A DNA stretch of 64,000 bases from positions 1-64,000 of IMG/VR virus record IMGVR_UViG_3300049740_002873. One strand, given 5' to 3'. The notes beneath the pieces were generated by a model. The model worked only from the letters and a program-made list of their open reading frames with translations, made no database searches and was not told the origin of the DNA. Positions 36,250-47,000 of the stretch are shown piece by piece (position 1 is the first letter of the stretch; every line of letters starts with the position of its first letter). The translations under genes were made by a program, and so were the position numbers. Source of the DNA: a virus.

Positions 36250-36559
36250 TCAGGATCTTGAATCGCAATTAATTAAATTTTCTGAAAAAAATAATGAGCA
36301 AGAGTGTTGTGGATTAATAGTAAGTTCGGGCGAGAATTTAAAATTCATTGCTTGTGATAATATAAATCCAGATCCTAAATATATGTTTACTATAGATCCT
36401 GCGTGTTTTTTGAATAGAGATGTAAAGTATGTCTTTCATTCTCATGTGATTGGCAATGAAAAGCCGTCTAAGTTAGATATTAAAAACTGTAAAATTGTGG
36501 ATATTCCTTATATAATATATTCGTTGAAAACTAAAAAATTTTTTTTATTAGAAATATAG
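36242..36559 (+). CDS. JAB/MPN metalloprotease (gpK N-domain only, no NlpC/P60)
   Basis: ECCGLI...FHSH....PSKLD (HxH-x7-S-x2-D). Likely start MFNQD. Confidence 0.85.
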   Translation: MFNQDLESQLIKFSEKNNEQECCGLIVSSGENLKFIACDNINPDPKYMFTIDPACFLNRDVKYVFHSHVIGNEKPSKLDIKNCKIVDIPYIIYSLKTKKFFLLEI

Positions 36560-36587
36560 TGTAATAGGTGAAAGGTATAAGGTAATG
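36559..36587 (+). promoter_or_regulatory. GTGTA motif plus tandem-AAGG leader
   Basis: GTGTA at 36559-63; AAGGTATAAGGTAATG at 36572-87. Confidence 0.6.
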
Positions 36588-39500
36588 AAGAGGGTCTTTT
36601 TATATGGCGATTTAAAAAGACGGTTTTGTAACTCAATCGAAGTTGATGTGAGTGGCATAACCGACCTTGTTCATGCTTTAGAAGCTAATTTTGATGGATT
36701 TACTAATCATGTTATCCGTAGATATATAGAAGGTAATGAATACGCTTTCTTGAAGAAAGATCCAAAAAAAATAGAAAACCAGGAGGATTTGCAAAGTAGT
36801 ATAGTATCTAAGGATTCAGATTATATATTAAGCTCTAAAGAAAAAGAAGTTCATATTATTCCTTTTTCAAGTGGAGGAGTTGTGGCCAAATTCTTTGGCG
36901 CTAAATTATTTGGAAAAATAATGTCGGCTATTGTTTGGTCTGCTGTAGCTCAAGTCGCTATGAATATATTATTCAAACCTCCGAAGCAGAGAACGCCTAA
37001 AACTATAAGCACTAAATCTATGATTTTGAACGCAAAGGCTAATAGCACAAGCCAAGGCTCTCCAGTCCCTGTTGGATATGGAAGATTAAGAGTGGGCGCA
37101 GCAAATATATTAACATATCAAAGCAACAAAACAACTTCAGGAGGTGCAACCGGAATTGAGTCTGCGAGCGAAATAGAATTTGTGGATTTAATTTCAGAAG
37201 GCCCAATAGGTGGTTTTGCTGACGAAAAAGGTCTTCCGGTTGGAGGTGGTGGAGTGGGTGCAGGCGCAACCCCTTTAATAACTCAGAAATCAGAGGAGAA
37301 TTTAAAGGGTATATATCTAAATGACACTCCCGTACTTGGTTCTCATGGATTTAGAAATTATATACTTAATGAGAGGGAGAATGGTTTTCCAGAGTTATCT
37401 GTTGGCGTAAATAATCCTACAGGTAGCGTCATTAATAAAGCTTCTTATATGAAAAATTATGATCTAGATTTAGTGGGTCCAAGTTTTGAGAATTTACAAG
37501 GTGCGACAAATGCTGTAGTAAATTCAGTGGCTGCTGCATATTTACTTCCTGAAGATGTAATCAATCAATCTGGTTTACCTGTTGCTCATCGAGTTTATAA
37601 CGAAAATATTGATATTGTCACATTCGCGTTAACAAGTCAGCAGCAACATCAGAACGTTAAAAATGCTGATACACAAGCTAGAACAGTGATTTTTTCTATA
37701 TCTTATGCATTTGGATTAAATTCTAGTAATAACAATGAAGCTGTTGGAACTCCAATTCAATTAGGATTTGAAAAAAATGATAACCGCTCAAGTTTTTTTA
37801 CGCCAGGTATTTCTCCTGTTAAAGACCAATTTTTTATGAGTGATGCAGTGGGAGATGGTGAGTATGGATTATTCTCCTATTATAATAAAGATGATCAGAA
37901 ACCACCAAAACTATATAATAATTTATTTAATACTCATGGTGTGGCTTCGAGCGCTTTTCAGTTTGATATTAGTGTTAGATTTAGCGAAGAAACTAAAAGG
38001 AGAATTAAAAATGAAGGTATTACTTTTAGGATACTTAAGCATAGCGTAGAATTGGATCCTGCAGCAAAAGGTGCTGTTGGTGGGGCAAATAACGTACAAT
38101 CTTTAAAGCTTGATTATGTTCAGGAAATAACTGCGGCAAATTTTACTTATCCTAATAGCGCTATATGTAAATTACTGATAGATGGAAAAAACTTTTCTTC
38201 TGCCCCTGAGAGAACTTATCATCTTTTTTTGAAAAAAGTTTTAGTGCCTTCTAATTATGATCCTGTGTCTAGAACTTATGATGGCGCATGGAGCGGATCT
38301 TTTCATAAGGATGGATCTGATACTGAGTCAATCTCTAATTTAGGGGACTCTCATAGATTTTGGACCAATAACCCTGCTTGGATTTATTTTGATTTAATTA
38401 CGAATCCAAGATTCGGACTTGGAAGAAATGGAGTTGACTACGAATTTGTTAATAAATGGCAGTTGTATAAGATAGCTAAATATTGTGACGAATTGGTTTC
38501 AACTAGTTATCCAATAGAGACTTCTGATGGAAATTTAGTTGATTTTAAATATGAAAATGAAGGTGCTGCTGTTGATGAAAAGGGTGAATTTACTGTCAAA
38601 ATAGATATCGATCAATATAATAGGTCTGTCGAAGATTTTGGAGAAGGAACAAGTTTTGCAGGTAAGCTTGTTGCTTTTTTCATTGGTGACGATATTGATG
38701 TAAATGATTCCAGTAAAAATTTAGAAATTTATCAAAGAGAATTAAAGAGAGTTGATAATAACAACAATACAATCATCTTGAAGGGCCCATCTTTACCTAC
38801 AAAAATAGTTGATGATGTTAACGTTTCTATTGGTAAGTGCGCACTTCAAAAGAATCATAAAATTGTTGAGCCTAGGTTTTCTTGTAATGTTTATATCAAT
38901 GAAAAATCAGAGGCTCTCGATTTAATTAATAAACTTGCTTCAGTTTTTAGGAGTATTAATTCTTATTTGGGTGGTAAAATTTATGCGATACAAGATGTTC
39001 CTCAGGATCCTATTCAAATATTTAATAATAGTAATGTGGCTAATGGGGAGTTTAATTATAGCACTGCGGACAAAAAAAGAAGGATTACAGCTTGCGTTGT
39101 TCAATTTGTGAATGAAGATAAAAATTATGATGTTGATTCTGTTTACGAAGAAGATGCTTTTGCTATGCAAAGGTTCGGGTTTGTTCAGGAAGAAATTGTT
39201 GGATTTGGCGTAACTTCCTCTTCTCAGGCAAGAAGATTGGCGAAATGGAATTTAATAGCGTCTCAGTCAGAAAATGAAATTATAAAATTTAATGTATCTC
39301 AAGAGGGAGCTTATTTATACCCGAATTCAATTATAGAAGTATCTGATGAAAATAGAATAAGTAAAGAAAAAAGCGGAAGAATAAAGTCAATGGGCGAGAG
39401 TTACACAAAAATAAGCGGAGGCTCAGAAATAGTGATAGATAAACCTTATTTTGAACTAGATAAGGATATCACAAAAACCCCAAGCGGAACTCCTGTTGAA

Positions 39501-41081
39501 ATAAAAATAGCCAGAGGTATTGGTAATATTACAACAGAAGATCTCGAGAGCTCTTCCGCTTTAGAATCGGATCATGGAGTAGATCAGGATGTAATGATCG
39601 AAGGGTTCTTTTCTGAGCAAATCGTCATATTTCAGGGAGTGTTGTCTCAAATTCAAAATTCTCATGGATTTCAAAATATAATAACAGACTTAATTTTAAA
39701 AAGATCTATCGAGATTAATGTTTTAGAAAATTTTATTCTATGTAAAAATCATGGTTTTCCAGAAGGAGCTAAAGTTTCTTTTTCATCTGATGGGGTACTG
39801 CCTTCTGGGATAAAATCTTCTTCCGTCTATTCTGTTATAAATTCTTCCAAAAATTCTTTTCAGTTAGCGATTGGAGGAAATGTTATTAAAATTTTTGATA
39901 AAGGTAAAAGTGATTTAATGGAGAATGGTGGTCAACATTATGTTTATTATAGTAACGATTCAGCTAATAAAGAAAAAACTATAATAGAAATGAACTCAAT
40001 CGCCTTTGGTGCTGCTTACAATATAACCGGGTTTAGTGGGGATATAGCTGGCGATTCAGAGCTTGCGTACAAAAGTGGCGGCGGGAATGTTTTTAGTGTT
40101 TTAAATAATGTTGTTGATGGCATGGTTCCAGGCTGGTATTCTGCGGATTTTTTGGGAAGTTTTTTCGTATCTCCTAAAAGTAAATTTTATGTATACAGTT
40201 CTAAGCGATTAGGGTGGGTTTATATATCTCCAACTTCTAGTAAGGATTCTTTAATTATACATAAAGAATCGTTTGGGTGGATGTATAAAAAGCAATATAT
40301 AAGTGATAACTGGTGGTATATATACGAAAAAAAATCTTGGGCTTTTTTGTTTGGCGGAGAAGATGATTATGTATTTATCTTGGGGCAGGATTACTACGAT
40401 CAATATAATGTTGGTGATATTTTTCCTTTTGGGCTTGGTACAACTTATGAAGTAGTTGCTAAAGTGAGCGAAGGTATTTGGATATCAAGCGGAGGTGCTT
40501 GGGAGGACCGTTTCGAATACACCCCCTTAACTCAATCAGCGGCGCCAGATTTGAGCGCCCCATCTTCTAGAGTAGTAGCTATAGAAAGTTATGAATATAT
40601 TTCTGCCAATGATTCTGTTCAGAAAAAAGATTCTGTTGTTGTTAAGTTATTTTCTAGTGATGATATTGATTATAATACTGTGTCAGAATTTTTTATTAAA
40701 ATATCTTCTAAAAGCACGTTAGTAAATAAAAATTGGCAGGTTATATTCAGAGGGGGGCGCAGTTTTGAGCTGATAGATTCTGAACACGACTCGGGGTTTC
40801 AAGGTGGAGATGCTGGTGTATTAGATAGCGTTACCATAGAAATAGATTTTTCTATGTTATCCGAAAGGTATTTTAGGTCTCAATTATATAGAGTTTTAAG
40901 TGTAAAAGAAGCCAAAGGGAACTCTTATGAAGTTATCGCATCAGAATATAACTCTTCTAAATATAGAGCAGCAGATTCTTCCGGTTTGGTCGAGTCTCCT
41001 ATACTCCCTTTACCTCCTCAGGCAAACATGTCTGTTCCTGCAACCCCTTCAAATTTAAGGATTGATTTAACTTCTACTTAA
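36585..41081 (+). CDS. Fusion of gpI-like (ubiquitin-like) and gpJ-like tail tip protein
   Basis: V.LYGDL..RF...VHIIP..GG and QG.PVPVGYG (gpI); DLISEGPIGG, YPNSA, WTNNPAW..FDL.TNPRFGLG, EPRFSCN, GVTS.SQARR (gpJ). Confidence 0.9.
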   Translation: MKRVFLYGDLKRRFCNSIEVDVSGITDLVHALEANFDGFTNHVIRRYIEGNEYAFLKKDPKKIENQEDLQSSIVSKDSDYILSSKEKEVHIIPFSSGGVVAKFFGAKLFGKIMSAIVWSAVAQVAMNILFKPPKQRTPKTISTKSMILNAKANSTSQGSPVPVGYGRLRVGAANILTYQSNKTTSGGATGIESASEIEFVDLISEGPIGGFADEKGLPVGGGGVGAGATPLITQKSEENLKGIYLNDTPVLGSHGFRNYILNERENGFPELSVGVNNPTGSVINKASYMKNYDLDLVGPSFENLQGATNAVVNSVAAAYLLPEDVINQSGLPVAHRVYNENIDIVTFALTSQQQHQNVKNADTQARTVIFSISYAFGLNSSNNNEAVGTPIQLGFEKNDNRSSFFTPGISPVKDQFFMSDAVGDGEYGLFSYYNKDDQKPPKLYNNLFNTHGVASSAFQFDISVRFSEETKRRIKNEGITFRILKHSVELDPAAKGAVGGANNVQSLKLDYVQEITAANFTYPNSAICKLLIDGKNFSSAPERTYHLFLKKVLVPSNYDPVSRTYDGAWSGSFHKDGSDTESISNLGDSHRFWTNNPAWIYFDLITNPRFGLGRNGVDYEFVNKWQLYKIAKYCDELVSTSYPIETSDGNLVDFKYENEGAAVDEKGEFTVKIDIDQYNRSVEDFGEGTSFAGKLVAFFIGDDIDVNDSSKNLEIYQRELKRVDNNNNTIILKGPSLPTKIVDDVNVSIGKCALQKNHKIVEPRFSCNVYINEKSEALDLINKLASVFRSINSYLGGKIYAIQDVPQDPIQIFNNSNVANGEFNYSTADKKRRITACVVQFVNEDKNYDVDSVYEEDAFAMQRFGFVQEEIVGFGVTSSSQARRLAKWNLIASQSENEIIKFNVSQEGAYLYPNSIIEVSDENRISKEKSGRIKSMGESYTKISGGSEIVIDKPYFELDKDITKTPSGTPVEIKIARGIGNITTEDLESSSALESDHGVDQDVMIEGFFSEQIVIFQGVLSQIQNSHGFQNIITDLILKRSIEINVLENFILCKNHGFPEGAKVSFSSDGVLPSGIKSSSVYSVINSSKNSFQLAIGGNVIKIFDKGKSDLMENGGQHYVYYSNDSANKEKTIIEMNSIAFGAAYNITGFSGDIAGDSELAYKSGGGNVFSVLNNVVDGMVPGWYSADFLGSFFVSPKSKFYVYSSKRLGWVYISPTSSKDSLIIHKESFGWMYKKQYISDNWWYIYEKKSWAFLFGGEDDYVFILGQDYYDQYNVGDIFPFGLGTTYEVVAKVSEGIWISSGGAWEDRFEYTPLTQSAAPDLSAPSSRVVAIESYEYISANDSVQKKDSVVVKLFSSDDIDYNTVSEFFIKISSKSTLVNKNWQVIFRGGRSFELIDSEHDSGFQGGDAGVLDSVTIEIDFSMLSERYFRSQLYRVLSVKEAKGNSYEVIASEYNSSKYRAADSSGLVESPILPLPPQANMSVPATPSNLRIDLTST

Positions 41082-41082
41082 T

Positions 41083-44000
41083 ATGAAAAGAACATCAATA
41101 TTAGTTAGTTTTAATATAAATGATTTGCAAGCAAGTTATGAGGCTGTTGTTTCTTCTAAAGATTATTCATTTACAAAGAATTTTGGCAAGGGGTCTGATT
41201 TAGTTAGTTTAGTCGGTCACAATTTTTCTCAAAATATATCTCTCGAAGGAAATTATGGTAATTTTCAAGTTAGAATTTATGCGATTAGTTCTATAGGTGT
41301 TCGCTCTGATTATATATCTGAAAATGTAACTGTTGTTCCTCCTGAATTTTATGGAACATTTCAATTTTCAGAGTTAGTAAATAATGTTGGCGCGAATGTG
41401 AGTAACGCATCTAATTCTTATACTATAATAAATTCTCCAGAAGATTTTTCTTCTGGAAATTCTCTTGAAATATCTGATGGAGTTTATGATAAAAATGTAA
41501 GTTTATCTTGGAGCTTGAATCCACCTTTTGGTCATGTGCTTCATGGTCAAAATTTAACAGATGCTTTATTGGGAGATACTTTTTTTGATCATTTTAAAAT
41601 AAAAATTATTAAGTCTGGTAATGAAATAGATCTCAGTTTTTTTGATGAAAATGGAGCAGAAATATCTGCATTGGCAAATTCTTTATCTGTATCAAATAGT
41701 TCGGTTATTGATAAATTAAATAATTACAAAGAATTTAATTTAAACTTATCTGATGAGGTTTTTAACGCATTGAATTTGGGTAGATCTTTTTCTGTAGAAA
41801 TACAAGCTTTTGATTCAAAGGGTAATGATTGTTCTGCATCTATAGATTTTAGTTCTACTCCTCCGGTAATTAATTCTTTGACTAATAATATAGTTGGGAA
41901 TAAGTCGACTTTAACATGGGATTATTCTGGTATAACCGTAGGTAAGTCGAACAGTATTAGGGTGATATCTATGCCATTATCATCTTACCTTAAGGATTCT
42001 GAAGATTTTGAAGAAAATTTTTCTTTTTTCAGTTTAGTTGCTAATGCTAAAAAGTATAAAAATATAAGCGGTAATACTTATGCTGTAGGGGATGTGGTCT
42101 CTTATAATGGATATGTATACGAATGTATATCTCAACATTCATCTTCAAGCTCAACGCGACCAGGTAATAATAGTATATGGACTCAAATCGGTCCAGAAGG
42201 AGTTTATAACGTATCTCAGCAAACCTCATCATCTAATAGTTACGAGCAATTTCAGGATTGGGGTTATAAATATTACTATTCATTAACTCCTAGTGATATA
42301 ATCGGGGAAGGAGATAGTGTTGAATATAGAATTGCTGGAGATTTAGCGGCTTCTAGTTCTAGCGTATCTATTCAAAACGGATTAGCTTATGAGGATAGAG
42401 GGGATATTGTATTTAGTTGGGACATTCAAGATAATAATGGTAATGATGTAGATTTAGATCAGTATAGATTTTCTAGTAATCCAAATTTTCCTCCGGCAAT
42501 TCTTGGCATTAGTGGGCATTTGTTTGACTTAGATATGTGGAGAAATTATTCTAAAGAAGTAATCATTAAACAATTAAACGATGGCCGAAATTCAGTATCA
42601 ACAAACGCTGATGGAGAATTATCTGCTGCGCCTAGCGTAGGTGTTTATGATCGTTATGAATATAATATAAGTGAGAATAGAAATATATATACATCAAGAG
42701 GTTTTCCTGCGTATGAGGTATTTAATTATGAAAAAATATATAATCAGGGTCAGTATGTAATTGTATTGGATCAAGAAGGTCTTTATTATGCAGCTCGAGA
42801 CACTTTAAATTCAGATTCAAACGGTAAGTCTATATACGTAAAACCTTATTATTCTGAATTTAATATAGAAGATAATTATAAAAGTGGAGATTGTATTGTA
42901 GAAAATAATTCTATATATGAACTAAAACAAGATTTTGGAATTGATAGTTCTAAAGGAGTATTTCGTTATGATTCAAATTATGATGTTGGTGATTATGTTA
43001 TTGCTTCGAATAATTTTGTTCAAAAATTTGATGCCGCAAAAGGTTATGAGGTAGATGAAATTGTTACTTTTGAAGGAAATTTTTATATTTGTATTACTGC
43101 ACAACTTATATATGCAGAAGATATAAATAATAGAAATTATTGGGCATTGTTATCAGAATTTGATGAAATTGAATGTTCTTTATATGTAGCCACTAATGCA
43201 GTTTCATCTAATGCAAACTATCCTTCTCAGGATTCTGTTAATTGGCAAAAAATACAATTAAATAATGAAAATTATTTTTCTTTAATTATAGAGCCATACC
43301 CTATGCAGGGTTTTTCTGACTGGTCTTCTTCTGTCGTGTACGAAGAGGGGGATGTTGTTGTGTATAAAAATGACACTTGGGTATGTGCTTCTCGAAATTC
43401 AGGGCAAAAACCGGGTAGAAGAAAGATGTATTGGAGTAATTCAGCTCCAGATGGCGTTGATTTAGTAGAGGGATTTGGTTATAAGGAGGGTGACTTAGTA
43501 TACGCTAATGGTTCGGTTTATGAGTGTTTGAGGGATAATCCTTTATGTGCTCCATTACGTTTAGAAAATACTGATGCTAGATCTTCTTATTCTCAGGTTG
43601 GCTGGAAACCATTCTGGGTTCAAGATGAAACTTACAATGATGTGGTTTTTGGTCATATGGCTATTCCTGAGGGAGGTAAGCGCGGAGTAGGGCTCAGCCT
43701 TTCTATATTAGACATAAATGAAGAGCCAATATCTTCAGTAAGAATTACGGGGGTGAATCCCGCTCCAGTTATATCAAATCAAGATTTTGAAATTGATTCT
43801 ATAAGCGTAACAGAAAGAGTAAAATTTAATTTTAAATATTTATTAGGATTTCAGGAAAGAACTACATTCTTGGAACTATATAGAAAGCCAGCTCAAGATT
43901 GGATTGACGATGATTATACGTTTGAAATTAGGGATAAAAAGAATTTTGTAAAAAGAGTTGAAGCTAATGTTGATGATGCTTATGGTGAAAACATAGTAGA

Positions 44001-47000
44001 AATAGAAGACTTTCCTCCTATTGAAGTGGATTCAAATGGTAAAAAAATTGCTGCTGGTTATGTTTATAAGTTGTTGCCTTATGATGATTTTGGTAGTGGT
44101 CAACAGCATTTTGTTTCTTCCGATAATGGAGATAAAATTATTAGTGTTTTTCCTAAAAATTTATCGAATCAAGAAGAGGGTGCTCCAAATGGGCCTGTTA
44201 TTAGAGCTTCTCAAGGAATAGCTAATTTAGGAGCAGTTCCTTTTCCCGTGGATAATTTAAGTGGATCGACTGCATTTGAAACATTTCTTTTAAACTGGGA
44301 AACAAGAGATAATGATATTGATTTCTTCGAGTTGTGGCAAGAAAAATCTGATTCGAATGAAGGGGCACTTATAATACAAGAAGGGGAGTCTACTCCTGAG
44401 TTTTTATCTCAAGAAAAAAATCAAGAAGGTTTCAGGAGGTTCGCTGGAGCTTTATATAGTATTGGTGATACAGTACCAACTGAACAAACAGAATTTTCTG
44501 TAATAAATGCAGAGAAAATTTTTGATATTCCTGGAAATACTAGAACTGTTTCCACTTCTGTTGCTGGCGACGCCAATTCTTCTGCAAATTTTTGGGTTAG
44601 AGCCGTAGACAAAGGGGGGAATAAAAGTCCATTTACAGGATCTTTTTTAGGAGATAGCAGTTCAAATATTCTTGGATTATCTTTAACTGCTGGAGGTTTT
44701 GACCCTCAGTCTATAGATGGATTTGAGAGTTCTATTACAGAAAAATTTCCCAAGAGTATAGCTTTGGTTCCTGATAACCCATTTATAGCTGGAGATAGAA
44801 ATGCATGGTCTTCTCATAAATTATTTTGGAGGGGTGGGGAGTATAATATATCAGAATATGATAATACGGATTTTTCTGCAGAATATAGCGAGGGATATGT
44901 CTATTGGAGGACAGGGGATAATGCTTATGGTTTTTCAGAAAGTCATCCTGCTAATAATTCTGATTTAGAATTTGAAGATGGCGACTTTATTGTAGCTAGA
45001 TATAGTAAAGATGAAGAGGGAGCTCTCCATGTTTCTACTCAATTTGTAGCATATAATACTGCTAGTATTGGTACTGCCAACATAGTGGATGGTGCAATTA
45101 CTAATGCTAAAATTGGATCCTTAAGTGCAGATAAAATCACAGCAGGATTAATAAATAGTCAGGATATACAAATTGGTGGTACTGGAGCTATAAGATCTGT
45201 CGGTTTTAATGGTTCTGAGACAGACTCAGGTTTTACTCTTAATGGTGATGGAGAATTCATATTTCAAAAAGTAATTGGTAATCAGGTTTCAAAAATATTT
45301 TTTGGTGAAGAGGGCTTGGTTATACAGGGTAAACTAAAAAGTACCAGCGGAAAAACTACAGAAATAATTAGGGGTTCTGCAAGTACTGAGTCTTTAAAAT
45401 ATTATCCAATTACAGAACCAATTCATCATCCTGATGGCTATAATTCTATAATAATGGAGGATGAACTTACTTTTTATCCTTTTTGGCACGAGAAAATTAC
45501 TGACACTACTACAGAGTATGCTAAAGCGACTGCTCCTACTATAGAGTTTACTTTTAGAATTCAAAATTCAACACTTAGACCTGAGGATATAAGATTTAAT
45601 GTTTTTGCGGTAAAAGATGGTGATACTGTACAGATCGTTGGTGACGAGCATCATGGTGGGCACGGATATGATATATATGGTTTTAAATTTGATCTAAACA
45701 ATAATAGTGGTGATGATATTGTTATTGATGAAGATAGTATGATTGTTAAATGTACACTTGATGGTGGATATGTAAAAGATCATGATGTTTGGTCTAAAGC
45801 CCTTGCCCCTCAATACTACCCTCACTCATACGGTTTTGATTATATGATTAAATTTGCATTTACATCTGATTTACCTGGTGGATGGTTATATGATAATGGT
45901 CTCGAAGGTAAATACTTTGCTGAAGATCAAATTGCTGATGGTGTGTTGGTTCAATATACATCTATCAGCGGTTCTGGAACTGAACAAGTAATCGTAAGAA
46001 GAACTGCTGATGCTGTCGCTGGCCCGCAGGGTCAACAAGGTGAGACTGGAGCATCAGTTGATTTTTGGTTTACAAGAAGTCATTCTTTGCCAAGTTTTGT
46101 GGATTCTGGTGAAAACCCAGGTGATGAATGGTATACAGATTTTTCAAAACTTTCTGATACTATAAAAGCGTTCTCAACCATTAACCCGAAAACTGGTGAA
46201 CTAATAAATAGTAACTATATAAAATGGCTTGAAGGCAATAGTAATATTCAAGTAAATTTAAGTGATATAGGTTTTAATTATTATGAAATACCAGACGTTT
46301 TAAATCCTAAATTGGAGGATTCGTGGGGGCAATCTCCTGGGGAAGTTGTTATTAATAGTGTTGTTCAATCAAGTAACGGTGATATTGTAATAACTTTTGC
46401 GACAGCCAATGGGGGCCCTGTGTATGGTATGGGGTATTTACAGTTTGATTTAATCGCTAAGGGATCTTTGTATTCGCTGAAGGCTCAAAGCACTGGTAAC
46501 ACTGATGAATTTAATTTTTCAAATTTACAACAAATTGAAGGTGATGCTATTGCAGAAATAGCTGTTCACAGAGTATATAATGAGGGTGAGTTTGATGGAT
46601 TGCCTATTGATGTACAAAAAGTATTAAGGGCTATTACTTTTAATTTTAGAGAAAACAAATTAAATTTAAATGAAGATGGTAAATTATATGATGCTTCCGG
46701 CTCTTTTAGTGAATTTAGTAACTCAGACAAAGCTGCGCTAGAGGCTGAGCTGGAAGAATGGACCACCGATCAACCTTCTTTAAATCCAGGGCAAGAATTA
46801 AGATCTGCTCTTTTATTATTCGCAGGATCAAAAGTTGACTCAAAGTCTACACCTTTAAATCCTGATCCTATAAGTATTGATATTAGACAAACAAGAGAAA
46901 TATTAACTATACAGGAAATATTTTTTAAAGCTAGTCCGACTAAGCCTAGCGATGAACATGCTACTCCAAATACATCTCCTGAAGGTGGGGGGTTAAATGT

